Assembly: GCA_977020255.1 (NCBI GenBank)
Contig: CDROCS010004529.1
Coordinates: 124,001-188,000, forward strand
DNA from: Obrimoposthia wandeli
Taxonomy: Eukaryota
Length of the DNA: 64,000 bases
Direction of reading: 5' to 3'
Every line of letters starts with the position of its first letter. Positions within the stretch are counted from its first letter, which is position 1. Positions 20,840 to 30,764 of this stretch are shown in pieces. A model generated the notes under the pieces. That model was given only the letters and a program-made list of their open reading frames with translations. It was not told where the DNA came from and did not search any database. The translations under genes and the position numbers were made by a program.

Positions 20840-21769
20840 ATGACTTACAAAAAACTCTTCTGTGCAGCTACCACAGTTTTAACCATACTAATTTACTTGT
20901 TTACAAGCTTCGCTAGTGCTTCAAATGCTCAGTCAGTAATAGCTAAGCCATTGAAAGTTGTCACCACTTTTACAATATTTGCCGACATTGCCCAGCAAAT
21001 TGCAGGTAATAAAGCTAACGTTGTATCAATCACCAAAGCGGGCGCAGAAATTCATAACTACCAACCTACTCCTAAAGATATTGTCAAAGCAAAAGGTGCC
21101 GATTTGATTCTATGGCACGGCATGAATCTAGAGCTTTGGTTCGAAAAATTTTACCATAATATAAATGACACTCCCAAAGCGGTGCTAACTAAAGGGATTA
21201 TCCCTATGAGCATTAATGGGGGTGAGTATCAGGGTAAACCTAACCCTCACGCTTGGATGTCTGCTAAAAATGCGCTGATCTATATTGATAATATTCGCGC
21301 TGCACTTGCTAAAATAGACCCTATTAATGCGGATTTCTATCGAACCAATGCCGATCTGTACGGAAAAAAAATCACTCGCTTAACAGCCCCTTTCAAAGCA
21401 CAACTCAACTCCCTGCCTGCCAATAAGCGTTTTCTAGTCACGAGTGAAGGAGCCTTTAGTTATCTCGCTAGGGATTTAGGATTGAAAGAAGTGTTTATTT
21501 GGCCTATTAATGCCGATGCACAAGGCTCCCCACTGCAAATGCGCAATGTGATTGATAAAGTAAAACAGCATAAAATTAACGCCGTATTTAGTGAAAGTAC
21601 TGTCTCTGATAAACCTGCTAAACAAATCGCTAGAGAAACAACAGCAAATTACGCAGGTGTACTTTATGTTGATTCTTTGAGTAACCAAAATGGTCCTGTG
21701 CCCAGTTATATCCACCTATTAACCGTCACTATGCAAACTATTGTGCAAGGTTTAACAGCGCAACCTTAA
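20840..21769 (+). CDS. sitA: Mn/Fe ABC transporter substrate-binding protein (SitA/YfeA-like)
   Basis: EIHNYQPTPKD, NPHAWMS, TSEGAFSYL, VFSESTVS, LYVDSL. Confidence 0.9.
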   Translation: MTYKKLFCAATTVLTILIYLFTSFASASNAQSVIAKPLKVVTTFTIFADIAQQIAGNKANVVSITKAGAEIHNYQPTPKDIVKAKGADLILWHGMNLELWFEKFYHNINDTPKAVLTKGIIPMSINGGEYQGKPNPHAWMSAKNALIYIDNIRAALAKIDPINADFYRTNADLYGKKITRLTAPFKAQLNSLPANKRFLVTSEGAFSYLARDLGLKEVFIWPINADAQGSPLQMRNVIDKVKQHKINAVFSESTVSDKPAKQIARETTANYAGVLYVDSLSNQNGPVPSYIHLLTVTMQTIVQGLTAQP

Positions 21770-21792
21770 GCGCACATTAGTGTTAAATATCC

Positions 21793-21871
21793 CATTGCTG
21801 TCCGGCTAAAAAATGTAAGTCCTCTAACTCAATGAGTTAGAGAGCAACAAAAATCAAACCGGACACTAATG
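21793..21871. mobile_element. MITE family 1, internally deleted copy (79 bp), perfect 9-bp TSD TAAATATCC
   Basis: CATTGCTGTCCGG ... CCGGACACTAATG; TAAATATCC at 21784-21792 and 21872-21880. Confidence 0.92.
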
Positions 21872-21910
21872 TAAATATCCAGTAAAAAATGGTAAGAAGG
21901 GAGTTAATTA

Positions 21911-22807
21911 ATGGGTACATCCACACATTCAGCAACTGAGGATAGCCAAAAACATGCTGCTATTTGCATTGAAAACGTCAGTGTTATTTACAACAATGGA
22001 CACAGTGCTATTCAAGAAGTTAGCTTTGATGTCTCTAAAGGCTCAATCACCGCATTAGTAGGCATCAATGGTAGTGGTAAATCGACTCTTTTCAACGCGA
22101 TTATGGGCTTTATTCCCTGCCATCAAGGGCAAGTAAGCATTGTTGGGTTACCCGTTAGCAAAGCATTAAAACAAAACCAAATTGCTTATGTTCCACAAAA
22201 TGAAGATATTGATTGGAACTTCCCGGTGCTTGTTGAAGATGTGGTGATGATGGGCCGCTTTGGACACATGAACATGCTTCGCATCCCCAAAGCTATTGAC
22301 CATCAATGGGTAGATAAAGCCCTGACTAGAGTCAATATGCAAGATTTCAAAAAGCGCCAAATAGGGGAACTTTCTGGTGGTCAACGCAAACGAGTGTTTT
22401 TAGCACGGGCCCTCGCCCAAGAAAGTAGCATTATTTTGTTAGATGAGCCTTTCACTGGAGTAGATGTCACCACTGAAGAGCAAATAATTCACCTATTAAA
22501 GGAATTAGCTGCTCAGGGAAAAACGATTCTAGTATCTACCCATAATTTAGGTAGTGTGCCAGCGTTCTGTGATCATGCTGTCTTGATCAATAAAGTATTA
22601 CTCGCTTGTGGAAAAACGAAAGATGTTTTTACTGCTCAAAACTTACAAAAAGCTTTTGGCGGTGTTCTACGCCGTTTTGTACTGAGTGCTGAAAGCTTAC
22701 ATCTAGATCAAGATAGGCGTGAAGTTACCGTTATCACAGACGATGAGCGACCTGTCGTTCTTTACGGCGAAAAGGGCTCAGAGCAAATAGCCAATGCCGA
22801 TAAGTGA
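21911..22807 (+). CDS. sitB: Mn/Fe ABC transporter ATPase (SitB/YfeB-like)
   Basis: [34 protein letters not shown]. Confidence 0.9.
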   Translation: MGTSTHSATEDSQKHAAICIENVSVIYNNGHSAIQEVSFDVSKGSITALVGINGSGKSTLFNAIMGFIPCHQGQVSIVGLPVSKALKQNQIAYVPQNEDIDWNFPVLVEDVVMMGRFGHMNMLRIPKAIDHQWVDKALTRVNMQDFKKRQIGELSGGQRKRVFLARALAQESSIILLDEPFTGVDVTTEEQIIHLLKELAAQGKTILVSTHNLGSVPAFCDHAVLINKVLLACGKTKDVFTAQNLQKAFGGVLRRFVLSAESLHLDQDRREVTVITDDERPVVLYGEKGSEQIANADK

Positions 22808-22956
22808 TTAGTTTACATCCTGATACAAATGCCTTTTGACATCTCATGGGATTAAACTGCACCCCATTAGATACTGTTATTTACAGTAGCTAAACGCCTA
22901 TAGATAGCATAAACCCTGTTGTTAAATTAAGCGGCGCCAAAATCGTTGGAGAAAAA

Positions 22957-23877
22957 GTGAGCTACTTATTAGAACCTTTTAGTTATCAATATATGATAAA
23001 TGCACTACTGTTGAGCACTTTAATTTGTGCGGTTTGCGCTTTCTTATCAGCATTTCTAATTTTACGCGGTTGGTCTTTAATTGCCGATGCGCTTTCTCAT
23101 GCTACTGTACCCGGTGTGGCGCTCGCTTATATGTTAGGACTGCCGTTCTCTGTCGGAGCTTTCGTATCAGGTGGGTTGGCAGCTATCGCAATCCTGTTTA
23201 TAAAAGAGCGCAGCATTTTAAAAGAAGATGTGGCCATTGGTTTAATTTTCACCAGTTTTTTTGCTGCCGGATTATTTTTATTGTCTATAAACCCTAGTTC
23301 TATCGATTTACAACAAGTGTTAATGGGTAATTTATTAGCTATTGCACCATGGGATAGCCTGCAAATGCTTATTATCAGCATCATAACATTAACTTTTTTA
23401 AGCCTGTACTGGAAAGATATACTACTAGTTTTCTTTGATGAACAACAAGCTTGGGTTACTGGGATTAATCCGCGCATAATCAAAGTGCTATTTTTTGCAG
23501 CGTTAAGCGCTACCACACTTGCTGCTATGCAAACAGTAGGTGCTTTATTAGTCATTGCAGTGGTGGTGACGCCAGGTGCTACAGCTTATTTGCTCAGCGT
23601 TAATTTCAAACATATTATTTACATCAGCGTCAGCATTGGCATGGGCAGCGCACTGCTTGGTACTTATGTCAGCTATTTTATCGATGGTACCACAGGGGCT
23701 TTGATTGTGAGTTTACAAACATTGTGTTTTATTACCGCATTCTTTCTCTCGCCTAGCCAAGGCTTTCTTTTTCGTCGAAAACGCCACCAATCAAATATAA
23801 AAAACACCCAAGTAAAGTTATTAAAAACACCGCCTGTCATCGCTGAAACATTAACCTCAGGAGAGCGCTATGTTTGA
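22957..23877 (+). CDS. sitC: Mn/Fe ABC permease (SitC-like)
   Basis: GWSLIADALSHATVPG; multiple TM helices. Confidence 0.87.
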   Translation: MSYLLEPFSYQYMINALLLSTLICAVCAFLSAFLILRGWSLIADALSHATVPGVALAYMLGLPFSVGAFVSGGLAAIAILFIKERSILKEDVAIGLIFTSFFAAGLFLLSINPSSIDLQQVLMGNLLAIAPWDSLQMLIISIITLTFLSLYWKDILLVFFDEQQAWVTGINPRIIKVLFFAALSATTLAAMQTVGALLVIAVVVTPGATAYLLSVNFKHIIYISVSIGMGSALLGTYVSYFIDGTTGALIVSLQTLCFITAFFLSPSQGFLFRRKRHQSNIKNTQVKLLKTPPVIAETLTSGERYV

Positions 23878-24748
23878 TATTCATACCCTTTTTGATCCAT
23901 TTCTAGATAGTGCAGTGCTAGACAGCTTACTGCTACCTTTTGAATTTGAATTCATGCAGCTAGCGTTTCTTGCAGTAACCATTATTAGTTTTCCGATGGC
24001 TATTTTATCTTGTTACATTGTACTTAAAGGCTGGTCTTTAATGGGAGATGCGATTGCGCATGCAGTATTACCTGGTATTGTTCTCGCTTATTTTTTGGCT
24101 ATCCCGCTATCGATAGGCGCTTTCTTTGCAGGGCTGTGCTGTGCGATTTCAACCCGCTTTGTTAAACAGCATAGTAAATTACGTGAAGATACAATTATGG
24201 GTATCGTTTTTTCCGGTATGTTTGCGCTAGGGATTATCATGTTCCACAAAACTGAAACGGATTTACATTTAAGCCATTTATTATTTGGTGACGTGTTAGG
24301 TATAACAATGGCCAGTTTAATAGAAACAACGCTCATCACCTTAGTGATTCTTAGCGTATTCTGCATCAAAGGCAGAGATTTACTGTTGTTAATATTCGAT
24401 CAAAAACAGGCTCAAGCGACCGGTATTAACATACGCTTTTGGCATTACGCCATTCAAGTAATGTTAGCATTGGGCATCGTTGCTGCTTTACAAGCAGTGG
24501 GTATGATTTTATCTATTGCCTTGCTTATTACTCCAGGCGCTTGTGCTGTGCTGGTGACAAAACGCTTTAGCAGTATGATAAAAACGGCCGTTACTATCGC
24601 GTTAGGCTCTTCGTTAATAGGCACTTATAGTAGCTTCTATTTTGATAGCTCCCCCGCGGCAACTATTGTTTTATTTATGTCGGCAACTTTTGTATTATGC
24701 TTCCTTTATAAGCAAGGTTACTACCGCTATTTAAAAACAAGATACTAG
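23870..24748 (+). CDS. sitD: Mn/Fe ABC permease (SitD-like)
   Basis: GWSLMGDAIAHAVLPG; overlaps sitC by 8 nt. Confidence 0.87.
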   Translation: MFDIHTLFDPFLDSAVLDSLLLPFEFEFMQLAFLAVTIISFPMAILSCYIVLKGWSLMGDAIAHAVLPGIVLAYFLAIPLSIGAFFAGLCCAISTRFVKQHSKLREDTIMGIVFSGMFALGIIMFHKTETDLHLSHLLFGDVLGITMASLIETTLITLVILSVFCIKGRDLLLLIFDQKQAQATGINIRFWHYAIQVMLALGIVAALQAVGMILSIALLITPGACAVLVTKRFSSMIKTAVTIALGSSLIGTYSSFYFDSSPAATIVLFMSATFVLCFLYKQGYYRYLKTRY

Positions 24749-24750
24749 TA

Positions 24751-24911
24751 GAGACCTTTGCACAATTACTGCGCTCAGTGATACGGCGTTAAAAACAAGC
24801 TCAAAATCCTCATTTATAGGCATAACACCCAAAACAGGGGCACGCTGACTCCGGTTTTTCGCTTGTTTTTGCCTTGTCTCACTGTCGCTCGCTACTTTGT
24901 GCAAAGGTCCC
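24751..24911. mobile_element. MITE family 2 (161 bp, inverted relative to the 20342 copy), 5-bp TSD TAGTA
   Basis: GAGACCTTTGCACAA ... TTGTGCAAAGGTCCC; TAGTA at 24746-24750 (includes the sitD stop) and 24912-24916. Confidence 0.9.
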
Positions 24912-24957
24912 TAGTAATAAATATCACTTTTTTTGAAGTTTATTTAACATAGTCTCT

Positions 24958-25110
24958 CATTGCTGTCCGGTTAAAAAGTGCAAGCCCTCTAACTCATTGA
25001 TTTGTGGTTTTATATCATGGAAAAATAGATATCTTTTAGCTAAGGGGTATTTTTCGTTAACGTAAAATCAATGAGTTAGAGAACAACAAAAATTAAACCG
25101 GACACTAATG
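24958..25110. mobile_element. MITE family 1 (153 bp), 9-bp TSD ATAGT(C/A)TCT
   Basis: CATTGCTGTCCGGTT ... AACCGGACACTAATG; internal IR CTCTAACTCATTGAT / ATCAATGAGTTAGAG; flanks match 8/9. Confidence 0.92.
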
Positions 25111-25262
25111 ATAGTATCTTAATCTTTTATCGCTTTTTATTGCTTTATCCGGCCTCAAATTAATTGACCACTCCACTTTAGCACTGTAAATTTTGATCAA
25201 TCTGCACAGAGCACCTCTGATCGAAAAACTTCAAAAAGAGGATATGGTTAACTAAAACTCAT

Positions 25263-25826
25263 TCAGTACTCTGATAACACCGTCACCAGCCAGTTTGAGT
25301 CATTTTTGTGATCGGGCTCTAAACGCAATAGCATGCAATTAGTGATTGATACTTTAGGCGTGATATTGATAACTTCTTCTAAAGCACCGTACACTCCACC
25401 ATGTGAAATAATTAACGGCACCCTTGCATTACCTAGTGCTTTGTTTAAACCTACCACCACCCTAGAGCGGAAATCTGCTCTTGTTTCGGCACCGGGAATC
25501 ACCAATTCTCCGGCTTTCCATTTCACATACCATTCGCCTCTAGGGTGGCCTTCACGCTCACCAATAGTGACTTCTTTTATCTCATCCATGATTTCAACTA
25601 ACAAGCCCGCGCTTGAATTAACTAACTTAGCAGTATCATGGGCGCGACTTAAGTGACTGGCGTAAATCATGCCTAAGTCCAACTGTGCTATTTGCTCATT
25701 TAACGCAGCAGCTTGCGCTCTACCGTTATCGTTCAAAGGGATATCGGTTTGCCCTTGAAATCGCCCAGCGACATTCCAATCTGTTTGACCGTGACGAAGA
25801 AAGTAGAAAGGTTTTCTGTGTAACAT
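25263..25826 (-). CDS. Histidine phosphatase (phosphoglycerate mutase-like) family
   Basis: LRHGQT, SHLSRA, ISHGG. Confidence 0.9.
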   Translation of the reverse strand: MLHRKPFYFLRHGQTDWNVAGRFQGQTDIPLNDNGRAQAAALNEQIAQLDLGMIYASHLSRAHDTAKLVNSSAGLLVEIMDEIKEVTIGEREGHPRGEWYVKWKAGELVIPGAETRADFRSRVVVGLNKALGNARVPLIISHGGVYGALEEVINITPKVSITNCMLLRLEPDHKNDSNWLVTVLSEY

Positions 25827-25924
25827 GTTATTTCCCTTATTTTACAAATAACTCAGCGATACCTAGTGCCACCCACAATATAGTTTTCACCTATATAGCG
25901 ATATTGAGCTACAACAATATCGAG

Positions 25925-27202
25925 CTATAATAATCTATTCACATCATAACAAGAAATATCTATTTCTGAAGGGCGCTGGGCAATCAAATTGCTGACGATA
26001 TTAGCAGTCATAGGTGCGCAAGTTAACCCTAGATGCTGATGTCCAAACGCGTAGATCACGCGCTCATCATTTGGCGCTGGGCCAATCACAGGTACACTAT
26101 CACTAAAGGTAGGTCTGAAACCCATCCATGAGGTAGCATTTTCGGTATTGACTCCAGGTAACATTAGTTTGGCGCTGCGCTCTAGTACTTTAACACGTTT
26201 CTCTTGTAACGGGTGGTCCAAACCTGCTAGTTCCACCAGCCCTGCAAATCGATGCCCCATGTTCATTGGGCTGACGAAGAATTTCAAGTCTCCATCCATT
26301 ACTGGCCGGCTCACTTGTACTTGTGGATCTGGGCAAGTGATATGGTAGCCACGCTCAGTTTCTATTGGGATATTAACGCCCGTACTTTTTAATATTCTGC
26401 CAGAAAATGCTCCCGCCGCTACCACTAATTTATCGCTGCTAATCGTTTGCCCTGCAGTCACTACCTCGCACTTTTCACCGAGGCTGATATCATTCACCGC
26501 CTCTTCTACAAAGATGCCACCTTGCTGCAAAAACGCCTTGTGAATCGCCAGCACTAAAGCATAGGGATCATTAACGAAAGCATGATCGGTCAAGTGATGT
26601 GCAAACATATATTCTTTAGATAAATTTGGCTCTAACGCCTGTAATTGGGCGGCATCTAAATTCTTAATCGCAAAACCCAAACGACGCCTAGCATTCATAT
26701 CGCCCTCGCCTTTTTCAAAACCAGCACGGCTGCGGTAAACTTGTAGGTAGTCTGTTTCAACGATAAGATCATCACAACCTAATTCGCCGGCAAGCGCTTT
26801 ATACATTTGCACTGACTGATCAGTTAACTGATGAATATCTTCTCCGCGCTTGACTAAATCAGCGCGAAACCCCGCTTTAATATAATTAAAAAGCCATGGG
26901 ATTATTTTAGGTAAGTAGCTCCAGTTAACACACAAAGGGCCATCAGGTTTTAGCAGCCAGCTAGGGGCTTGCATCAAAGTACTAGGGCTAGATAAAGGAA
27001 CGAAAGATGAACGGGCTAAAATGCCGGCATTTCCAAATGAGCAACCATTACCAGGTGGTTCTTTATCAATCAAAGTCACTTGGTGCCCTTCACGCTGTAA
27101 CTTTAATGCGCAAAGCACACCGATAATACCAGCACCTATGACACTGATAGTTAACTGATCTGTTTTAGCAGTGCTATTTAAATGCACCTTCTCATCACTC
27201 AT
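25925..27202 (-). CDS. FAD-dependent oxidoreductase, D-amino-acid dehydrogenase (DadA/DAO) family
   Basis: VIGAGIIG, CSFGNAG, ERGYH, WMGFRP, FGHQHLGLT. Confidence 0.88.
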   Translation of the reverse strand: MSDEKVHLNSTAKTDQLTISVIGAGIIGVLCALKLQREGHQVTLIDKEPPGNGCSFGNAGILARSSFVPLSSPSTLMQAPSWLLKPDGPLCVNWSYLPKIIPWLFNYIKAGFRADLVKRGEDIHQLTDQSVQMYKALAGELGCDDLIVETDYLQVYRSRAGFEKGEGDMNARRRLGFAIKNLDAAQLQALEPNLSKEYMFAHHLTDHAFVNDPYALVLAIHKAFLQQGGIFVEEAVNDISLGEKCEVVTAGQTISSDKLVVAAGAFSGRILKSTGVNIPIETERGYHITCPDPQVQVSRPVMDGDLKFFVSPMNMGHRFAGLVELAGLDHPLQEKRVKVLERSAKLMLPGVNTENATSWMGFRPTFSDSVPVIGPAPNDERVIYAFGHQHLGLTCAPMTANIVSNLIAQRPSEIDISCYDVNRLL

Positions 27203-27343
27203 AAACGCTCGCCTTGTGCACTACTTTCGCTGTTGTGTATTTAAAAAGATCTAAGCATCACTGCTTTTTTTGTGAATGCTAACACTGAATTTCAACAACT
27301 GCTAAGTATTTATCAACGCCTTTTTCTGTTTAATAAAAAGGCA

Positions 27344-28444
27344 TCAACCTATTAATGCGATACCTTGTGAGGCAATGTTTACATACACACTACTGCCAGC
27401 CGATATTGCTTGTTGTGCCTGGTGATCAACGGCAAATAAACTACCTAGTGCCGTTTCTAGTTCATACTCTACATGTCCTCCCAAATAGACTGATTTTGTC
27501 ACTGTGCCCTTAATGGTTTGGCCGCCTTTAATAGCTTGTCCATCATTATTCGTGTTTGGTTGTGTCGTTACATAAATGCTATTTGGCCTTATGGCAATAT
27601 CTAACGAGCCTTGTAAATCGTTGATATTACGATGAGGCAAATCTACTTCGATGTTATCTAACTGTACTTTTACCTGCTTCTCATCATGGCTTATATAGCT
27701 ACCTTTTACTAAGGTTGCATCGCCAATAAAATCCGCGATAAAAGTATTTTGCGGCTGTTCATAAAGCTGATGAGGGGTGCCGTGTTGTGAAATAACAGAT
27801 TCATTCATCACGATGATTTTATCAGAGACAGCCATTGCCTCTTCTTGATCGTGGGTAACATATACAGATGTTAGCCCTAAAGTTTGCTGCAACTCACGAA
27901 TTTCTTCGCGCACTTTGCGGCGCAACTTAGCATCCAAGTTTGAAAGTGGTTCATCAAATAACAATACTTTAGGTTTTAAAACTAACGCACGCGCCACCGC
28001 TACTCGCTGTTGTTGCCCACCTGAAAGCTGGTTAGGCATACGATCACCAAACCCTGTTAGGCCAACCATCGCCATGCCTTCTTCAGCTTGCGAATAGGCT
28101 TGATCCTTTTTTAAACCTTGTTCGCGCAAGCCATAAGCGACGTTTTCTAAAACACTCATATGCGGGAATAACGCGTATGATTGGAACACCATACTGACAT
28201 CACGCATCATTACCGATGCATTAGTAACATCTTGATCGCCAATAAATATTTGCCCAGTACTTGCTTGTTCAAGCCCTGCTATCATACGCAGCGTGGTTGT
28301 TTTACCGCAGCCACTAGGCCCTAGTAATGTCACTAACGTGCCGGCTTCTACCGTGAAAGAAACATCTTTTATCGCCTTAACTTGGCCATAATTTTTACAT
28401 ACGTTGCGAAACTCAACCGAAGCCGCTGTCGACTTTATACTCAT
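27344..28444 (-). CDS. ABC transporter ATPase (AfuC/FbpC/PotA class)
   Basis: GPSGCGKTT, LSGGQQQR, FDEPLSNLD, C-terminal TOBE-like region. Confidence 0.92.
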   Translation of the reverse strand: MSIKSTAASVEFRNVCKNYGQVKAIKDVSFTVEAGTLVTLLGPSGCGKTTTLRMIAGLEQASTGQIFIGDQDVTNASVMMRDVSMVFQSYALFPHMSVLENVAYGLREQGLKKDQAYSQAEEGMAMVGLTGFGDRMPNQLSGGQQQRVAVARALVLKPKVLLFDEPLSNLDAKLRRKVREEIRELQQTLGLTSVYVTHDQEEAMAVSDKIIVMNESVISQHGTPHQLYEQPQNTFIADFIGDATLVKGSYISHDEKQVKVQLDNIEVDLPHRNINDLQGSLDIAIRPNSIYVTTQPNTNNDGQAIKGGQTIKGTVTKSVYLGGHVEYELETALGSLFAVDHQAQQAISAGSSVYVNIASQGIALIG

Positions 28445-28462
28445 TTAATTAAACCTCTGTAA

Positions 28463-30640
28463 TCACGCTTGCTCTTGGCGATGAAGCTTTCTATTACCGA
28501 TTAAGACCTGCATTAACAAAATCATAATCAACATAATAACGATAAGTACTGATGAATAAGCAATCGCTATTCCATAATCACCGTGCTCGACACGCCCTAT
28601 AATATAAGATGTCGCCATATCATAATCAGCACTGACTAAGAAAATAACCGCGCTAATGGAAGTAATTGCCCGTACAAAACCGTAAGTTATTGATGAAAAA
28701 ATAGCGGGTTTGAGCAAGGGCAGAATCACTCTTCTGAGTGTTGTAAAACTATTAGCCCCTAGCATGAGCGACGCCTCATCTAAACTTTTATCTAACTGGC
28801 TCATTGCCGCAATACCGCCACGCACACCTACAGGCATATTACGAAAGATGAAACACAACACTAACACCACACCAGTACCTGTTAGTTCAAGAGGCGGTAC
28901 GTTAAATGCCAATACATAGCTCACCCCTATTACAGTGCCGGGAATTGCAAAGCTGAGCATCGTGCCAAATTCAAAGGATTGCTTGCCTATAAAATCTTGG
29001 CGCACTAGTAAATAAGCCACCAGCAAACCGATTGCTGCGGTTAATGGCGCTGAGATCATCGCGATGGAAATAGTGGTAGAAAATGAATTCCAAGCGGCAC
29101 CGCTAAATACTAAACCGTGATCGCCTTGGGTGATAGAAAACGCTTCTATATAGTGCTTTAAGGTAAAGCTGTGATCTAGCCCCCAGGTTTCAACAAAGCC
29201 GCCGAACATTACCATCGTATAAATAACAATCGTGAAAGCAGTCCACGGAAGTACGATAGAAAGCGCGGTGTATTTCACTCTGTTTGGCAAAATAGAGTGA
29301 TTACCTGAATCTCCTTTACCTGTGACAGTGGTGTAAGATTTTTTACCTAACCACTTACGTTGTAAGAAGAACGCGCTGAGCGTAAACATTAATAGCACAA
29401 TCGCTAAAATAGCCGCAGCTGATTGATCACTTTGCGCACCTACGATGGCAAAAAATATCTTGGTGGAAATAACTTCGAAATTACCGCCAAGCACTAAAGG
29501 ATTGCCAAAATCAGCCATACTTTCGATAAATGCGAGTAAAAACGCAGCCGCTAAACCAGGTCGCATCAACGGTAATGTGACTGTGACAAAGGTGCGCCAG
29601 CGTGATGCACGCAGTGTTTGTGATGCCTCTTCCATTGAAGGGCTAATGCCATCAACCACACCAATCATCACCATAAAAGTAATTGGCGTAAAGGCTAATA
29701 CTTGCGCAAATAATACGCCGGGTAAGCCATACAACCAGCGGCTCGGCTCAATGCCAAAAGCACTATCAAGAAACTGCGTCACTACGCCTGCACGGCCAAA
29801 CAATAAAATGAGCGCTAAGCCAATCACAAAGGGCGGGGTAATAATGGGTAACATGCTTAAAGCGCGAATCGGCTTTTTAGCAATAAAATGAGTACGCGCT
29901 GCGACTAAGGCAAACGCTAAACCAAATAAAGTTGAAAGGGTTGCCGCCGATACAGAAAGCACTAATGAATTAACAGCCACACCACAAGCGCCTGCGCCCG
30001 CTATGCAACCCACGCCCCAAATATCTTCTGCAAACAGCCTGTTGAAAAAACTACTAATCGCCAGTGCTCCGTTTTCATCGACAAAAGCGCTGATTAAAAT
30101 ACCTAATACGGGGAAAAACACGAAAACAACGACTGTTGCGATAACAAACCCTATCGCACCTACTACAAAAATATCGCCTTTCATCACCCCTTTTGCGGCA
30201 AGGCCAGTGGTGAATTGAAACAAAAAACAACTCAGCACTAATAAAGCGCCAGAGCCTAAACCATACTGGCTCACAGCAATTGGGCCAAACCAGTTTTCTA
30301 AAAACTGCCACTCCCAGCCCGATATTCCCACACTAAAACCTTGGCCAAAAACGAACAACAATCCTGCTGCCCCTGAGTAGATAAGAGTATTATAAAAAGC
30401 GGGGCTATTTAACGGCTGCTTAAGAGCAAATAGAGGTGCTAAAAGTAATAGCCCGATAGGCCACAACCAATTCTTTTCACTGACAAAATTTTGCACTAAA
30501 GCTGATGCATAATCAGTATCTAATAAAGACTCTTCAAACAGCCATTCAAAATTCCATAAACCATCTTCTAGAACATACCAAGGCAATGCTACAAAGCCAA
30601 AAATACCTACTATTAGCCAAGACAACACTACCTTGCGCAT
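28463..30640 (-). CDS. ABC permease with two BPD_transp modules (AfuB/FbpB class)
   Basis: ITPPFVIGL, SMEEASQTL, LDEASLML EAA loops. Confidence 0.9.
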   Translation of the reverse strand: MRKVVLSWLIVGIFGFVALPWYVLEDGLWNFEWLFEESLLDTDYASALVQNFVSEKNWLWPIGLLLLAPLFALKQPLNSPAFYNTLIYSGAAGLLFVFGQGFSVGISGWEWQFLENWFGPIAVSQYGLGSGALLVLSCFLFQFTTGLAAKGVMKGDIFVVGAIGFVIATVVVFVFFPVLGILISAFVDENGALAISSFFNRLFAEDIWGVGCIAGAGACGVAVNSLVLSVSAATLSTLFGLAFALVAARTHFIAKKPIRALSMLPIITPPFVIGLALILLFGRAGVVTQFLDSAFGIEPSRWLYGLPGVLFAQVLAFTPITFMVMIGVVDGISPSMEEASQTLRASRWRTFVTVTLPLMRPGLAAAFLLAFIESMADFGNPLVLGGNFEVISTKIFFAIVGAQSDQSAAAILAIVLLMFTLSAFFLQRKWLGKKSYTTVTGKGDSGNHSILPNRVKYTALSIVLPWTAFTIVIYTMVMFGGFVETWGLDHSFTLKHYIEAFSITQGDHGLVFSGAAWNSFSTTISIAMISAPLTAAIGLLVAYLLVRQDFIGKQSFEFGTMLSFAIPGTVIGVSYVLAFNVPPLELTGTGVVLVLCFIFRNMPVGVRGGIAAMSQLDKSLDEASLMLGANSFTTLRRVILPLLKPAIFSSITYGFVRAITSISAVIFLVSADYDMATSYIIGRVEHGDYGIAIAYSSVLIVIMLIMILLMQVLIGNRKLHRQEQA

Positions 30641-30764
30641 AATAAAAATCCTTGCAGAGCACTTAGTTAAATAACACTATTTAGCTATTTGTTTATTAAC
30701 TATGTACTTATCTAAGAGAATTAATAACCACTGATATTCAAGTGGTTATTATCAACAACTAAGA

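Noticed and set aside
20342-24911. Composite transposon formed by two inverted family-2 MITEs around sitABCD
   Set aside because: Each copy has its own different TSD (ACACT, TAGTA), so they inserted independently; there is no shared outer duplication.
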